A DNA stretch of 64,000 bases from the human T2T-CHM13v2.0 reference genome, Homo sapiens, in assembly GCF_009914755.1 (NCBI RefSeq), contig NC_060926.1; one strand, 5' to 3'. The notes beneath the pieces were generated by a model that was given only the letters and a program-made list of their open reading frames with translations, did not search any database and was not told the origin of the DNA. This document shows, one piece after another, positions 39,029-50,844 of this stretch. Position numbers and translations under genes: made by a program. Each line of letters opens with the position of its first letter. The first letter of the stretch is position 1.

Positions 39029-42000
39029 TTTCTTTTGAGAGAGCAGTTTTGAAACACTCTTTTTGTGGAATCTGGAAGTGGATATTTGTCTAGCTTTGAG
39101 GATTTCGTTGGAAACGGGATTACATATAAAAAGCAGACAGCAGCATTCCCAGTAACTTCTTTGTGATGTTTGCATTCAAGTCACAGTGTTGAACATTCCC
39201 TTTCATAGAGCAGGTTTGAAACACTCTTTTTGTAGTATCTGGATGTGGACATTTGGAGCGCTTTCAGGCCTATGGTGAAAAAGGAAATATCTTCCCCAGA
39301 AAACTAGACAGAAGCATTCTCAGAATCTTATTTGTGATGTGCCCCCTCAACTAACAGTGTTGAAGCTTTCTTTTGATAGAGCAGTTTTGAAACACTCTTT
39401 TCGTAAAATCTGCAAGAGGATATTTTGATAGCTTTGAGGATTACGTTGGAAACGGGATTGTCTTCATATAAACTCTAGACAGAAGCATTCTCAGAAGCTT
39501 CATTGGGATGTTTCAATTAAAGTCACAGTGTTGAACAGTCCCTTTCATAGAGCAGGTTTGAAACACTCTTTTTGTAGTATCTGGAAGTGGACATTTGGAG
39601 CGCTCTCAGGACTGCGGTGAAAAAGGAAATATCTTCCAATAAAAGCTAGATAGAAGCAATGTCAGAAACTTTTTCATGATGTATCTACTCAGCTAACAGA
39701 GTTGAACCTTCCTTTGAGAGAGCAGTTTTGAAACACTCTTTTTGTGGAATCTGCAAGTGGATATTTGTCTAGCTTTGAGGATTTCGTTGGAAACGGGATT
39801 ACATATAAAAAGCAGACAGCAGCATTCCCAGAAACTTCTTTGTGATGTTTGCATTCAAGTCACAGAGTTGAACATTCCCTTTTTTAGAGCAGGTTTGAAA
39901 CACTCTTTTTGTAGTATCTGGATGTGGACATTTGGAGCGCTTTCAGGCCTGTGGTGAAAAAGGAAATATCTTCCCCTGAAAACTAGACAGAAGCATTCTC
40001 AGAAACTTATTTGTGATGTGCGCCCTCAACTAACACTGTTGAACCCTTCTTTTGATAGAGCAGTTTTGAAACACTCTTTTTGTAATATCTGCAAGAGGAT
40101 ATTTGGATAGCTTTGAGGATTTCTTTGGAAACGGGATTGTCTTCATATAAACTCTAGACAGAAGCATTCTCAGAAGCTTCATTGGGATGTTTCAATTGAA
40201 GTCGCAGTGTTGAACAGTCCCTTTCATAGAGCAGGTTTGAAACACTCTTTTTGTAGTATCTGGAAGTGGACATTTGGAGAGATCTCAGGAATACGGTGAT
40301 AAAGGAAATATCTTCCAATAAAAGCTACATAGAAGCAATGTCAGAAACTTTTTCATGATGTATCTACTCAGCTAACAGAGTTGAACCTTTCTTTTGAGAG
40401 AGCAGTTTTGAAACACTCTTTTTGTGGAATCTGCAAGTGGATATTTGTCTAGCTTTGAGGATTTCGTTGGAAACGGGATTACATATAAAAAGCAGACAGC
40501 AGCATTCCCAGTAACTTCTTTGTGGTGTTTGCATTCAAGTCACAGAGTTGAACATTCCCTTTCATAGAGCAGGCTTGAAACACTCTTTTTGTAGTATCTG
40601 GATGTGGACATTTGGAGCGCTTTCAGGCCTATGGTGAAAAAGGAAATATCTTCCCCTGAAAACTAGACAGAAGCATTCTCAGAATCTGATTTGTGATGTG
40701 CGCCCTCAACTAACAGTGTTGAAGCTTTCTTTTGATAGAGCAGTTTTGAAACACTCTTTTTGTAAAATCTGCAAGAGGATATTTGGATAGCTTTGAGGAT
40801 TTCGTTGGAAACGGGATTGTCTTCATATAAACTCCAGACAGAAGCATTCTCAGAAGCTTCATTGGGATGTTTCAGTTGAAGTCACAGTGTTGAACAGTCC
40901 CTTTCATAGAGCAGGTTTGAAACACTCTTTTTGTAGTATCTGGAAGTGGACATTTGGAGCGCTCTCAGGACTGCGGTGAAAAAGGAAATATCTTCCAATA
41001 AAAGCTAGATAGAAGCAATGTCAGAAACTTTTTCATGATGTATCTACTCAGCTAACAGAGTTGAACCTTCCTTTGAGAGAGCAGTTTTGAAACACTCTTT
41101 TTGTGGAATCTGCAAGTGGATATTTGTCTAGCTTTGAGGATTTCGTTGGAAACGGGATTACATATAAAAAGCAGACAGCAGCATTCCCAGAAACTTCTTT
41201 GTGATGTTTGCATTCAAGTCACAGAGTTGAACATTCCCTTTCATAGAGCAGGTTTGAAACACTCTTTTTGTAGTATCTGGATGTGGACATTTGGAGCGCT
41301 TTCAGGCCTATGGTGAAAAAGGAAATATCTTCCCCTGAAAACTAGACAGAAGCATTCTCAGAATCTTATTTGTGATGTGCGCCCTCAACTAACAGTGTTG
41401 AAGCTTTCTTTTGATAGAGCAGTTTTGAAACACTCTTTTTGTAAAATCTGCAAGAGGATATTTGGATAGCTTTGAGGATTTCGTTGGAAACGGGATTGTC
41501 TTCATATAAACTCTAGACAGAAGCATTCTCAGAAGCTTCATTGGGATGTTTCAATTGAAGTCACAGTGTTGAACAGTCCCTTTCATAGAGCAGGTTTGAA
41601 ACACTCTTTTTGTAGTATCTGGAAGTGGACATTTAGAGCGCTCTCAGGACTGCGGTTAAAAAGGAAATATCTTCCAATAAAAGCTACATAGAAGCAATGT
41701 CAGAATCTTTTTCATGATGTATCTACTCAGCTAACAGAGTTGAACCTTTCTTTTGAGAGAGCAGTTTTGAAACACTCTTTTTGTGGAATCTGCAAGTGGA
41801 TATTTGTCTAGCTTTGAGGATTTCGTTGGAAACGGGATTACATATAAAAAGCAGACAGCAGCATTCCCAGTAACTTCTTTGTGGTGTTTGCATTCAAGTC
41901 ACAGAGTTGAACATTCCCTTTCATAGAGCAGGTTTGAAACACTCTTTTTGTAGTATCTGGATGTGGACATTTGGAGCGCTTTCAGGCCTATGGTGAAAAA

Positions 42001-45000
42001 GGAAATATCTTCCCCTGAAAACTAGACAGAAGCATTCTCAGAATCTTATTTGTGATGTGCGCCCTCAACTAACAGTGTTGAAGCTTTCTTTTGATAGAGC
42101 AGTTTTGAAACACTCTTTTTGTAAAATCTGCAAGAGGATATTTGGATAGCTTTGAGGATTTCGTTGGAAACGGGATTGTCTTCATATAAACTCTAGACAG
42201 AAGCATTCTCAGAAGCTTCATTGGGATGTTTCAATTGAAGTCACAGTGTTGAACAGTCCCTTTCATAGAGCAGGTTTGAAACACTCTTTTTGTAGTATCT
42301 GGAAGTGGACATTTGGAGAGATCTCAGGAATACGGTGATAAAGGAAATATCTTCCAATAAAAGCTAGATAGAAGCAATGTCAGAAACTTTTTCATGATGT
42401 ATCTACTCAGCTAACAGAGTTGAACCTTTCTTTTGAGAGAGCAGTTTTGAAACACTCTTTTTGTGGAATCTGCAAGTGGATATTTGTCTAGCTTTGAGGA
42501 TTTCGTTGGAAACGGGATTACATATAAAAAGCAGACAGCAGCATTCCCAGTAACTTCTTTGTGATGTTTGCATTCAAGTCACAGAGTTGAACATTCCCTT
42601 TCACAGAGCAGGTTTGAAACACTTTTTTTGTAGTATCTGGATGTGGACATTTGGAGCGCTTTCAGGCCTATGGTGAAAAAGGAAATATCTTCCAATAAAA
42701 GCTACATAGAAGCAATGTCAGAAACTTTTTCATGATGTATCTACTCAGCTAACAGAGTTGAACCTTTCTTTTGAGAGAGCAGTTTTGAAACACTCTTTTT
42801 GTGGAATCTGCAAGTGGATATTTGTCTAGCTTTGAGGATTTCGTTGGAAACGGGATTACATATAAAAAGCAGACAGCAGCATTCCCAGTAACTTCTTTGT
42901 GATGTTTGCATTCAAGTCACAGTGTTGAACATTCCCTTTCATAGAGCAGGTTTGAAACACTCTTTTTGTAGTATCTGGATGTGGACATTTGGAGCGCTTT
43001 CAGGCCTATGGTGAAAAAGGAAATATCTTCCCCAGAAAACTAGACAGAAGCATTCTCAGAATCTTATTTGTGATGTGCGCCCTCAACTAACAGTGTTGAA
43101 GCTTTCTTTTGATAGAGCAGTTTTGAAACACTCTTTTCGTAAAATCTGCAAGAGGATATTTTGATAGCTTTGAGGATTACGTTGGAAACGGGATTGTCTT
43201 CATATAAACTCTAGACAGAAGCATTCTCAGAAGCTTCATTGGGATGTTTCAATTAAAGTCACAGTGTTGAACAGTCCCTTTCATAGAGCAGGTTTGAAAC
43301 ACTCTTTTTGTAGTATCTGGAAGTGGACATTTGGAGCGCTCTCAGGACTGCGGTGAAAAAGGAAATATCTTCCAATAAAAGCTAGATAGAAGCAATGTCA
43401 GAAACTTTTTCATGATGTATCTACTCAGCTAACAGAGTTGAACCTTCCTTTGAGAGAGCAGTTTTGAAACACTCTTTTTGTGGAATCTGCAAGTGGATAT
43501 TTGTCTAGCTTTGAGGATTTCGTTGGAAACGGGTTACATATAAAAAGCAGACAGCAGCATTCCCAGAAACTTCTTTGTGTTGTTTGCATTCAAGTCACAG
43601 AGTTTAACATTCCCTTTCATAGAGCAGGTTTGAAACACTCTTTTTGTAGTATCTGGATGTGGACATTTGCAGCGCTTTCAGGCCTAAGGTGAAAAAGGAA
43701 ATATCTTCCCCTGAAAACTAGACAGAAGCATTCTCAGAAACTTATTTGTGATGTGCGCCCTCAACTAACAGTGTTGAAGCTTTCTTTTGATAGAGCAGTT
43801 TTGAAACACTCTTTTTGTAATATCTGCAAGAGGATATTTGGATAGCTTTGAGGATTTCGTTGGAAACGGGATTGTCTTCATATAAACTCTAGACAGAAGC
43901 ATTCTCAGAAGCTTCATTGGGATGTTTCAATTGAAGTTACAGTGTTGAACAGTCCCTTTCATAGAGCAGGTTTGAAACACTCTTTTTGTAGTATCTGGAT
44001 GTGGACATTTGGAGCGCTTTCAGGTCTATGGTTTAAAAGGAAATATCTTCCCCTGAAAACTAGACAGAAGCATTCTCAGAAACTTATTTGTGATGTGCGC
44101 CCTCAACTAACAGTGTTGAAGCATTCTTTTGATAGAGCAGTTTTGAAACACTCTTTTTGTGGAATCTGCAAGTGGATATTTGTCTAGCTTTGAGGATTTC
44201 GTTGGAAACGGGATTACATATAAAAAGCAGACAGCAGCATTCCCAGAAACTTCTTTGTGATGTTTGCATTCACGTCACAGAGTTGAACATTCCCTTTCAT
44301 AGAGCAGGTTTGAAACACTCTTTTTGTAGTATCTGGATGTGGACATTTGGAGCGCTTTCAGGCCTATGGTGAAAAAGGAAATATCTTCCCCTGAAAACTA
44401 GACAGAAGCATTCTCAGAAACTTATTTGTGATGTGCGCCCTCAACTAACAGTGTTGAAGCTTTCTTTTGATAGAGCAGTTTTGAAACACTCTTTTTGTAA
44501 TATCTGCAAGAGGATGTTTGGATAGCTTTGAGGATTTCGTTGGAAACGGGATTAATTATAAAAAGCAGACAGCAGCATTCCCAGAATCTTGTTTGTGATG
44601 TTTGCATTCAAGTCACAGAGTTGAACATTCCCTTTCAGAGAGCAGGTTTGAAACACTCTTTTTATAGTATCTGGATGTGGACATTTGGAGCGCTTTCAGG
44701 CCTATGGTGAAAAAGGAAATATCTTCTCCTGAAAACTAGAGAGAAGCATTCTCAGAATCTTATTTGTGATGTGCGCCCTCAACTAACAGTGTTGAAGCTT
44801 TCTTTTGATAGAGCAGTTTTGAAACACTCTTTTCGTAAAATCTGCAAGAGGATATTTGGATAGCTTTGAGGATTTCGTTGGAAACGGGATTGTCTTCATA
44901 TAAACTCTAGACAGAAGCATTCTCAGAAGCTTCATTGGGATGTTTCAATTGAAGTCACAGTGTTGAACAGTCCCTTTCATAGAGCAGGTTTGAAACACTC

Positions 45001-46885
45001 TTTTTGTAGTATCTGGATGTGGACATTTGGAGCGCTTTCAGGCCTATGGTTTAAAAGGAAATATCTTCCCCTGAAAACTAGACAGAAGCATTCTCAGAAA
45101 CTTATTTGTGATGTGCGCCCTCAACTAACAGTGTTGAAGCATTCTTTTGATAGAGCAGTTTTGAAACACTCTTTTTGTGGAATCTGCAAGTGGATATTTG
45201 TCTAGCTTTGAGGATTTCGTTGGAAACGGGATTACATATAAAAAGCAGACAGCAGCATTCCCAGAAACTTCTTTGTGATGTTTGCATTCAAGTCACAGAG
45301 TTGAACATTCCCTTTTATAGAGCAGGTTTGAAACACTCTTTTTGTAGTATCTGGATGTGGACATTTGGAGCGCTTTCAGGCCTATGGTGAAAAAGGAAAT
45401 ATCTTCCCCTGAAAACTAGACAGAAGCATTCTCAGAAACTTATTTGTGATGTGCGCCCTCAACTAACACTGTTGAACCTTTCTTTTGATAGAGCAGTTTT
45501 GAAACACTCTTTTTGTAATATCTGCAAGAGGATATTTGGATAGCTTTGAGGATTTCTTTGGAAACGGGATTGTCTTCATATAAACTCTAGACAGAAGCAT
45601 TCTCAGAAGCTTCATTGGGATGTTTCAATTGAAGTCACAGTGTTGAACAGTCCCTTTCATAGAGCAGGTTTGAAACACTCTTTTTGTAGTATCTGGAAGT
45701 GGACATTTGGAGAGATCTCAGGAATACGGTGATAAAGGAAATATCTTCCAATAAAAGCTACATAGAAGCAATGTCAGAAACTTTTTCATGATGTATCTAC
45801 TCAGCTAACAGAGTTGAACCTTTCTTTTGAGAGAGCAGTTTTGAAACACTCTTTTTGTGGAATCTGCAAGTGGATATTTGTCTAGCTTTGAGGATTTCGT
45901 TGGAAACGGGATTACATATAAAAAGCAGACAGCAGCATTCCCAGTAACTTCTTTGTGGTGTTTGCATTCAAGTCACAGAGTTGAACATTCCCTTTCATAG
46001 AGCAGGTTTGAAACACTCTTTTTGTAGTATCTGGATGTGGACATTTGGAGCGCTTTCAGGCCTATGGTGAAAAAGGAAATATCTTCCCCTGAAAACTAGA
46101 CAGAAGCATTCTCAGAATCTTATTTGTGATGTGCGCCCTCAACTAACAGTGTTGAAGCTTTCTTTTGATAGAGCAGTTTTGAAACACTCTTTTTGTAAAA
46201 TCTGCAAGAGGATATTTGGATAGCTTTGAGGATTTCGTTGGAAACGGGATTGTCTTCATATAAACTCCAGACAGAAGCATTCTCAGAAGCTTCATTGGGA
46301 TGTTTCAGTTGAAGTCACAGTGTTGAACAGTCCCTTTCATAGAGCAGGTTTGAAACACTCTTTTTGTAGTATCTGGAAGTGGACATTTGGAGCGCTCTCA
46401 GGACTGCGGTGAAAAAGGAAATATCTTCCAATAAAAGCTAGATAGAAGCAATGTCAGAAACTTTTTCATGATGTATCTACTCAGCTAACAGAGTTGAACC
46501 TTCCTTTGAGAGAGCAGTTTTGAAACACTCTTTTTGTGGAATCTGCAAGTGGATATTTGTCTAGCTTTGAGGATTTCGTTGGAAACGGGATTACATATAA
46601 AAAGCAGACAGCAGCATTCCCAGAAACTTCTTTGTGATGTTTGCATTCAAGTCACAGAGTTGAACATTCCCTTTCATAGAGCAGGTTTGAAACACTCTTT
46701 TTGTAGTATCTGGATGTGGACATTTGGAGCGCTTTCAGGCCTATGGTGAAAAAGGAAATATCTTCCCCTGAAAACTAGACAGAAGCATTCTCAGAATCTT
46801 ATTTGTGATGTGCGCCCTCAACTAACAGTGTTGAAGCTTTCTTTTGATAGAGCAGTTTTGAAACACTCTTTTTGTAAAATCTGCA
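32590..46885 (+). repeat. Dispersed ~4.4-kb duplication, offset 9848 bp (~32590-37037 vs ~42438-46885)
   Basis: ORF pairs 33632/43480, 34094/43942, 34680/44528, 35112/44960, 36686/46534 all differ by 9848. Confidence 0.82.
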
Positions 46886-49800
46886 CGTGGATATTTGTCT
46901 AGCTTTGAGGATTTCGTTGGAAACGGGATTACATATAAAAAGCAGACAGCAGCATTCCCAGAATCTTCTTTGTGATGTTTGCATTCAAGTCACAGAGTTG
47001 AACATTCCCTTTCATAGAGCAGGTTTGAAACACTCTTTTTATAGTATCTGGATGTGGACATTTGGAGCGCTTTCAGGCCTATGGTGAAAAAGGAAATATC
47101 TTCCCCTGAAAAGTAGACAGAAGCATTCTCAGAAACTTATTTGTGATGTGCGCCCTCAACTAACAGTGTTGAAGCTTTCTTTTGATAGAGCAGTTTTGAA
47201 ACACTCTTTTTGTAATATCTGCAAGAGGATATTTGGATAGCTTTGAGGATTTCGTTGGAAACGGGATTGTCTTCATATAAACTCCAGACAGAAGCATTCT
47301 CAGAAGCTTCATTGGGATGTTTCAGTTGAAGTCACAGTGTTGAACAGTCCCTTTCATAGAGCAGGTTTGAAACACTCTTTTTGTAGTATCTGGAAGTGGA
47401 CATTTGGAGCGCTCTCAGGACTGCGGTGAAAAAGGAAATATCTTCCAATAAAAGCTAGATAGAAGCAATGTCAGAAACTTTTTCATGATGTATCTACTCA
47501 GCTAACAGAGTTGAACCTTCCTTTGAGAGAGCAGTTTTGAAACACTCTTTTTGTGGAATCTGCAAGTGGATATTTGTCTAGCTTTGAGGATTGCGTTGGA
47601 AACGGGATTACATATAAAAAGCAGACAGCAGCATTCCCAGAAACTTCTTTGTGATGTTTGCATTCAAGTCACACAGTTGAACATTCCCTTTCATAGAGCA
47701 GGTTTGAAACACTCTTTTTGTAGTATCTGGATGTGGACATTTGGAGCGCTTTCAGGCCTATGGTGAAAAAGGAAATATCTTCCCCTGAAAACTAGACAGA
47801 AGCATTCTCAGAATCTTATTTGTGATGTGCGCCCTCAACTAACAGTGTTGAAGCTTTCTTTTGATAGAGCAGTTTTGAAACACTCTTTTTGTAAAATCTG
47901 CAAGAGGATATTTGGATAGCTTTGAGGATTTCGTTGGAAACGGGATTGTCTTCATATAAACTCTAGTCAGAAGCATTCTCAGAAGCTTCATTGGGATGTT
48001 TCAATTGAAGTCACAGTGTTGAACAGTCCCTTTCATAGAGCAGGTTTGAAACACTCTTTTTGTAGTATCTGGAAGTGGACATTTGGAGCGCTCTCAGACT
48101 GCGGTGAAAAAGGAAATATCTTCCAATAAAAGCTACATAGAAGCAATGTCAGAATCTTTTTCATGATGTGTCTACTCAGCTAACAGAGTTGAACCTTCCT
48201 TTGAGAGAGCAGTTTTGAAACACTCTTTTTGTGGAATCTGCAAGTGGATATTTGTCTAGCTTTGAGGATTTCGTTGGAAACGGGATTACATATAAAAAGC
48301 AGACAGCAGCATTCCCAGAAACTTCTTTGTGATATTTGCATTCAAGTCACAGAGTTGAACATTCCCTTTCATAGAGCAGGTTTGAAACACTCTTTTTGTA
48401 GTATCTGGATGTGGACATTTGGAACGCTTTCAGGCCTATGGTGAAAACGGAAATATCTTCCCCTGAAAACTAGACAGAAGCATTCTCAGAATCTTATTTG
48501 TGATGTGCGCCCTCAACTAACAGTGTTGAAGCTTTCTTTTGATAGAGCAGTTTTGAAACACTCTTTTTGTAAAATCTGCAAGAGGATATTTGGATAGCTT
48601 TGAGGATTTCGTTGGAAACGGGATTGTCTTCATATAAACTCTAGACAGAAGCATTCTCAGAAGCTTCATTGGGATGTTTCAGTTGAAGTCACAGTGTTGA
48701 ACAGTCCCTTTCATAGAGCAGGTTTGAAACACTCTTTTTGTAGTATCTGGAAGTGGACATTTGGAGTGCTCTCAGGACTGCGGTGAAAAAGGAAGTATCT
48801 TCCAATAAAAGCTACATAGAAGCAATGTCAGAAACTTTTTCGTGAAGTATCTAGTCAGCTAACAGAGTTGAACCTTTCTTTTGAGAGAGCAGTTTTGAAA
48901 CACTCTTTTTGTGGAATCTGCAAGTGGATATTTGTCTAGCTTTGAGGATTTCGTTGGAAACGGGATTACATATAAAAAGCAGACAGCAGCATTCCCAGAA
49001 ACTTCTTTGTGATGTTTGCATTCAAGTCACACAGTTGAACATTCCCTTTCATAGAGCAGGTTTGAAACACTCTTTTTGTAGTATCTGGATGTGGACATTT
49101 GGAGCGCTTTCAGCCCTATGGTGAAAAAGGAAATATCTTCTCCTGAAAACTAGACAGAAGCATTCTCAGAATCTTATTTGTGATGTGCGCCCTCAACTAA
49201 CAGTGTTGAAGCTTTCTTTTGATAGAGCAGTTTTGAAACACTCTTTTCGTAAAATCTGCAAGAGGATATTTTGATAGCTTTGAGGATTTCGTTGGAAACG
49301 GGATTGTCTTCATATAAACTCTAGACAGAAGCATTCTCAGAAGCTTCATTGGGATGTTTCAATTGAAGTCACAGTGTTGAACAGTCCCTTTGATAGAGCA
49401 GGTTTGAAACACTCTTTTTGTAGTATCTGGATGTGGACATTTGCAGCGCTTTCAGGCATAAGGTGAAAAAGGAAATATCTTCCCCTGAAAACTAGACAGA
49501 AGCATTCTCAGAAACTTATTTGTGATGTGCGCCCTCAACTAACAGTGTTGAAGCTTTCTTTTGATAGAGCAGTTTTGAAACACTCTTTTTGTAATATCTG
49601 CAAGAGGATATTTGGATAGCTTTGAGGATTTCGTTGGAAACGGGATTGTCTTCATATAAACTCTAGACAGAAGCATTCTCAGAAGCTTCATTGGGATGTT
49701 TCAATTGAAGTCACAGTGTTGAACAGTCCCTTTCATAGAGCAGGTTTGAAACACTCTTTTTGTAGTATCTGGAAGTGGACTTTTGGAGAGATCTCAGGAA

Positions 49801-50844
49801 TACGGTGATAAAGGAAATATCTTCCAATAAAAGCTACATAGAAGTAATGTCAGAAACTTTTTCATGATGTATCTACTCAGCTAACAGAGTTGAACCTTTC
49901 TTTTGAGAGAGCAGTTTTGAAACACTCTTTTTGTGGAATCTGCAAGTGGATATTTGTCTAGCTTTGAGGATTTCGTTGGAAACGGGATTACATATAAAAA
50001 GCAGACAGCAGCATTACCAGTAACTTCTTTGTGGTGTTTGCATTCAAGTCACAGAGTTGAACATTCCCTTTCATAGAGCAGGTTTGAAACACTCTTTTTG
50101 TAGTATCTGGATGTGGACATTTGGAGCGCTTTCAGGCCTATGGTGAAAAAGGAAATATCTTCCCCTGAAAACTAGACAGAAGCATTCTCAGAATCTTATT
50201 TGTGATGTGCGCCCTCAACTAACAGTGTTGAAGCTTTCTTTTGATAGAGCAGTTTTGAAACACTCTTTTTGTAAAATCTGCAAGAGGATATTTGGATAGC
50301 TTTGAGGATTTCGTTGGAAACGGGATTGTCTTCATATAAACTCCAGACAGAAGCATTCTCAGAAGCTTCATTGGGATGTTTCAGTTGAAGTCACAGTGTT
50401 GAACAGTCCCTTTCATAGAGCAGGTTTGAAACACTCTTTTTGTAGTATCTGGAAGTGGACATTTGGAGCGCTCTCAGGACTGCGGTGAAAAAGGAAATAT
50501 CTTCCAATAAAAGCTAGATAGAAGCAATGTCAGAAACTTTTTCATGATGTATCTACTCAGCTAACAGAGTTGAACCTTCCTTTGAGAGAGCAGTTTTGAA
50601 ACACTCTTTTTGTGGAATCTGCAAGTGGATATTTGTCTAGCTTTGAGGATTTCGTTGGAAACGGGATTACATATAAAAAGCAGACAGCAGCATTCCCAGA
50701 AACTTCTTTGTGATATTTGCATTCAAGTCACAGAGTTGAACATTCCCTTTCATAGAGCAGGTTTGAAACACTCTTTTTGTAGTATCTGGATGTGGACATT
50801 TGGAGCGCTTTCAGGCCTATGGTGAAAAAGGAAATATCTTCCCC

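Noticed and set aside
9235-43534. Box variant ...AAACGGGT (loss of terminal A) at 9235, 11949, 18395, 21109, 24845, 33670, 43518
   Set aside because: It leaves the nTTCGnnnnAnnCGGGn core intact, so it was not counted as a disrupted box; useful only as a lineage marker.
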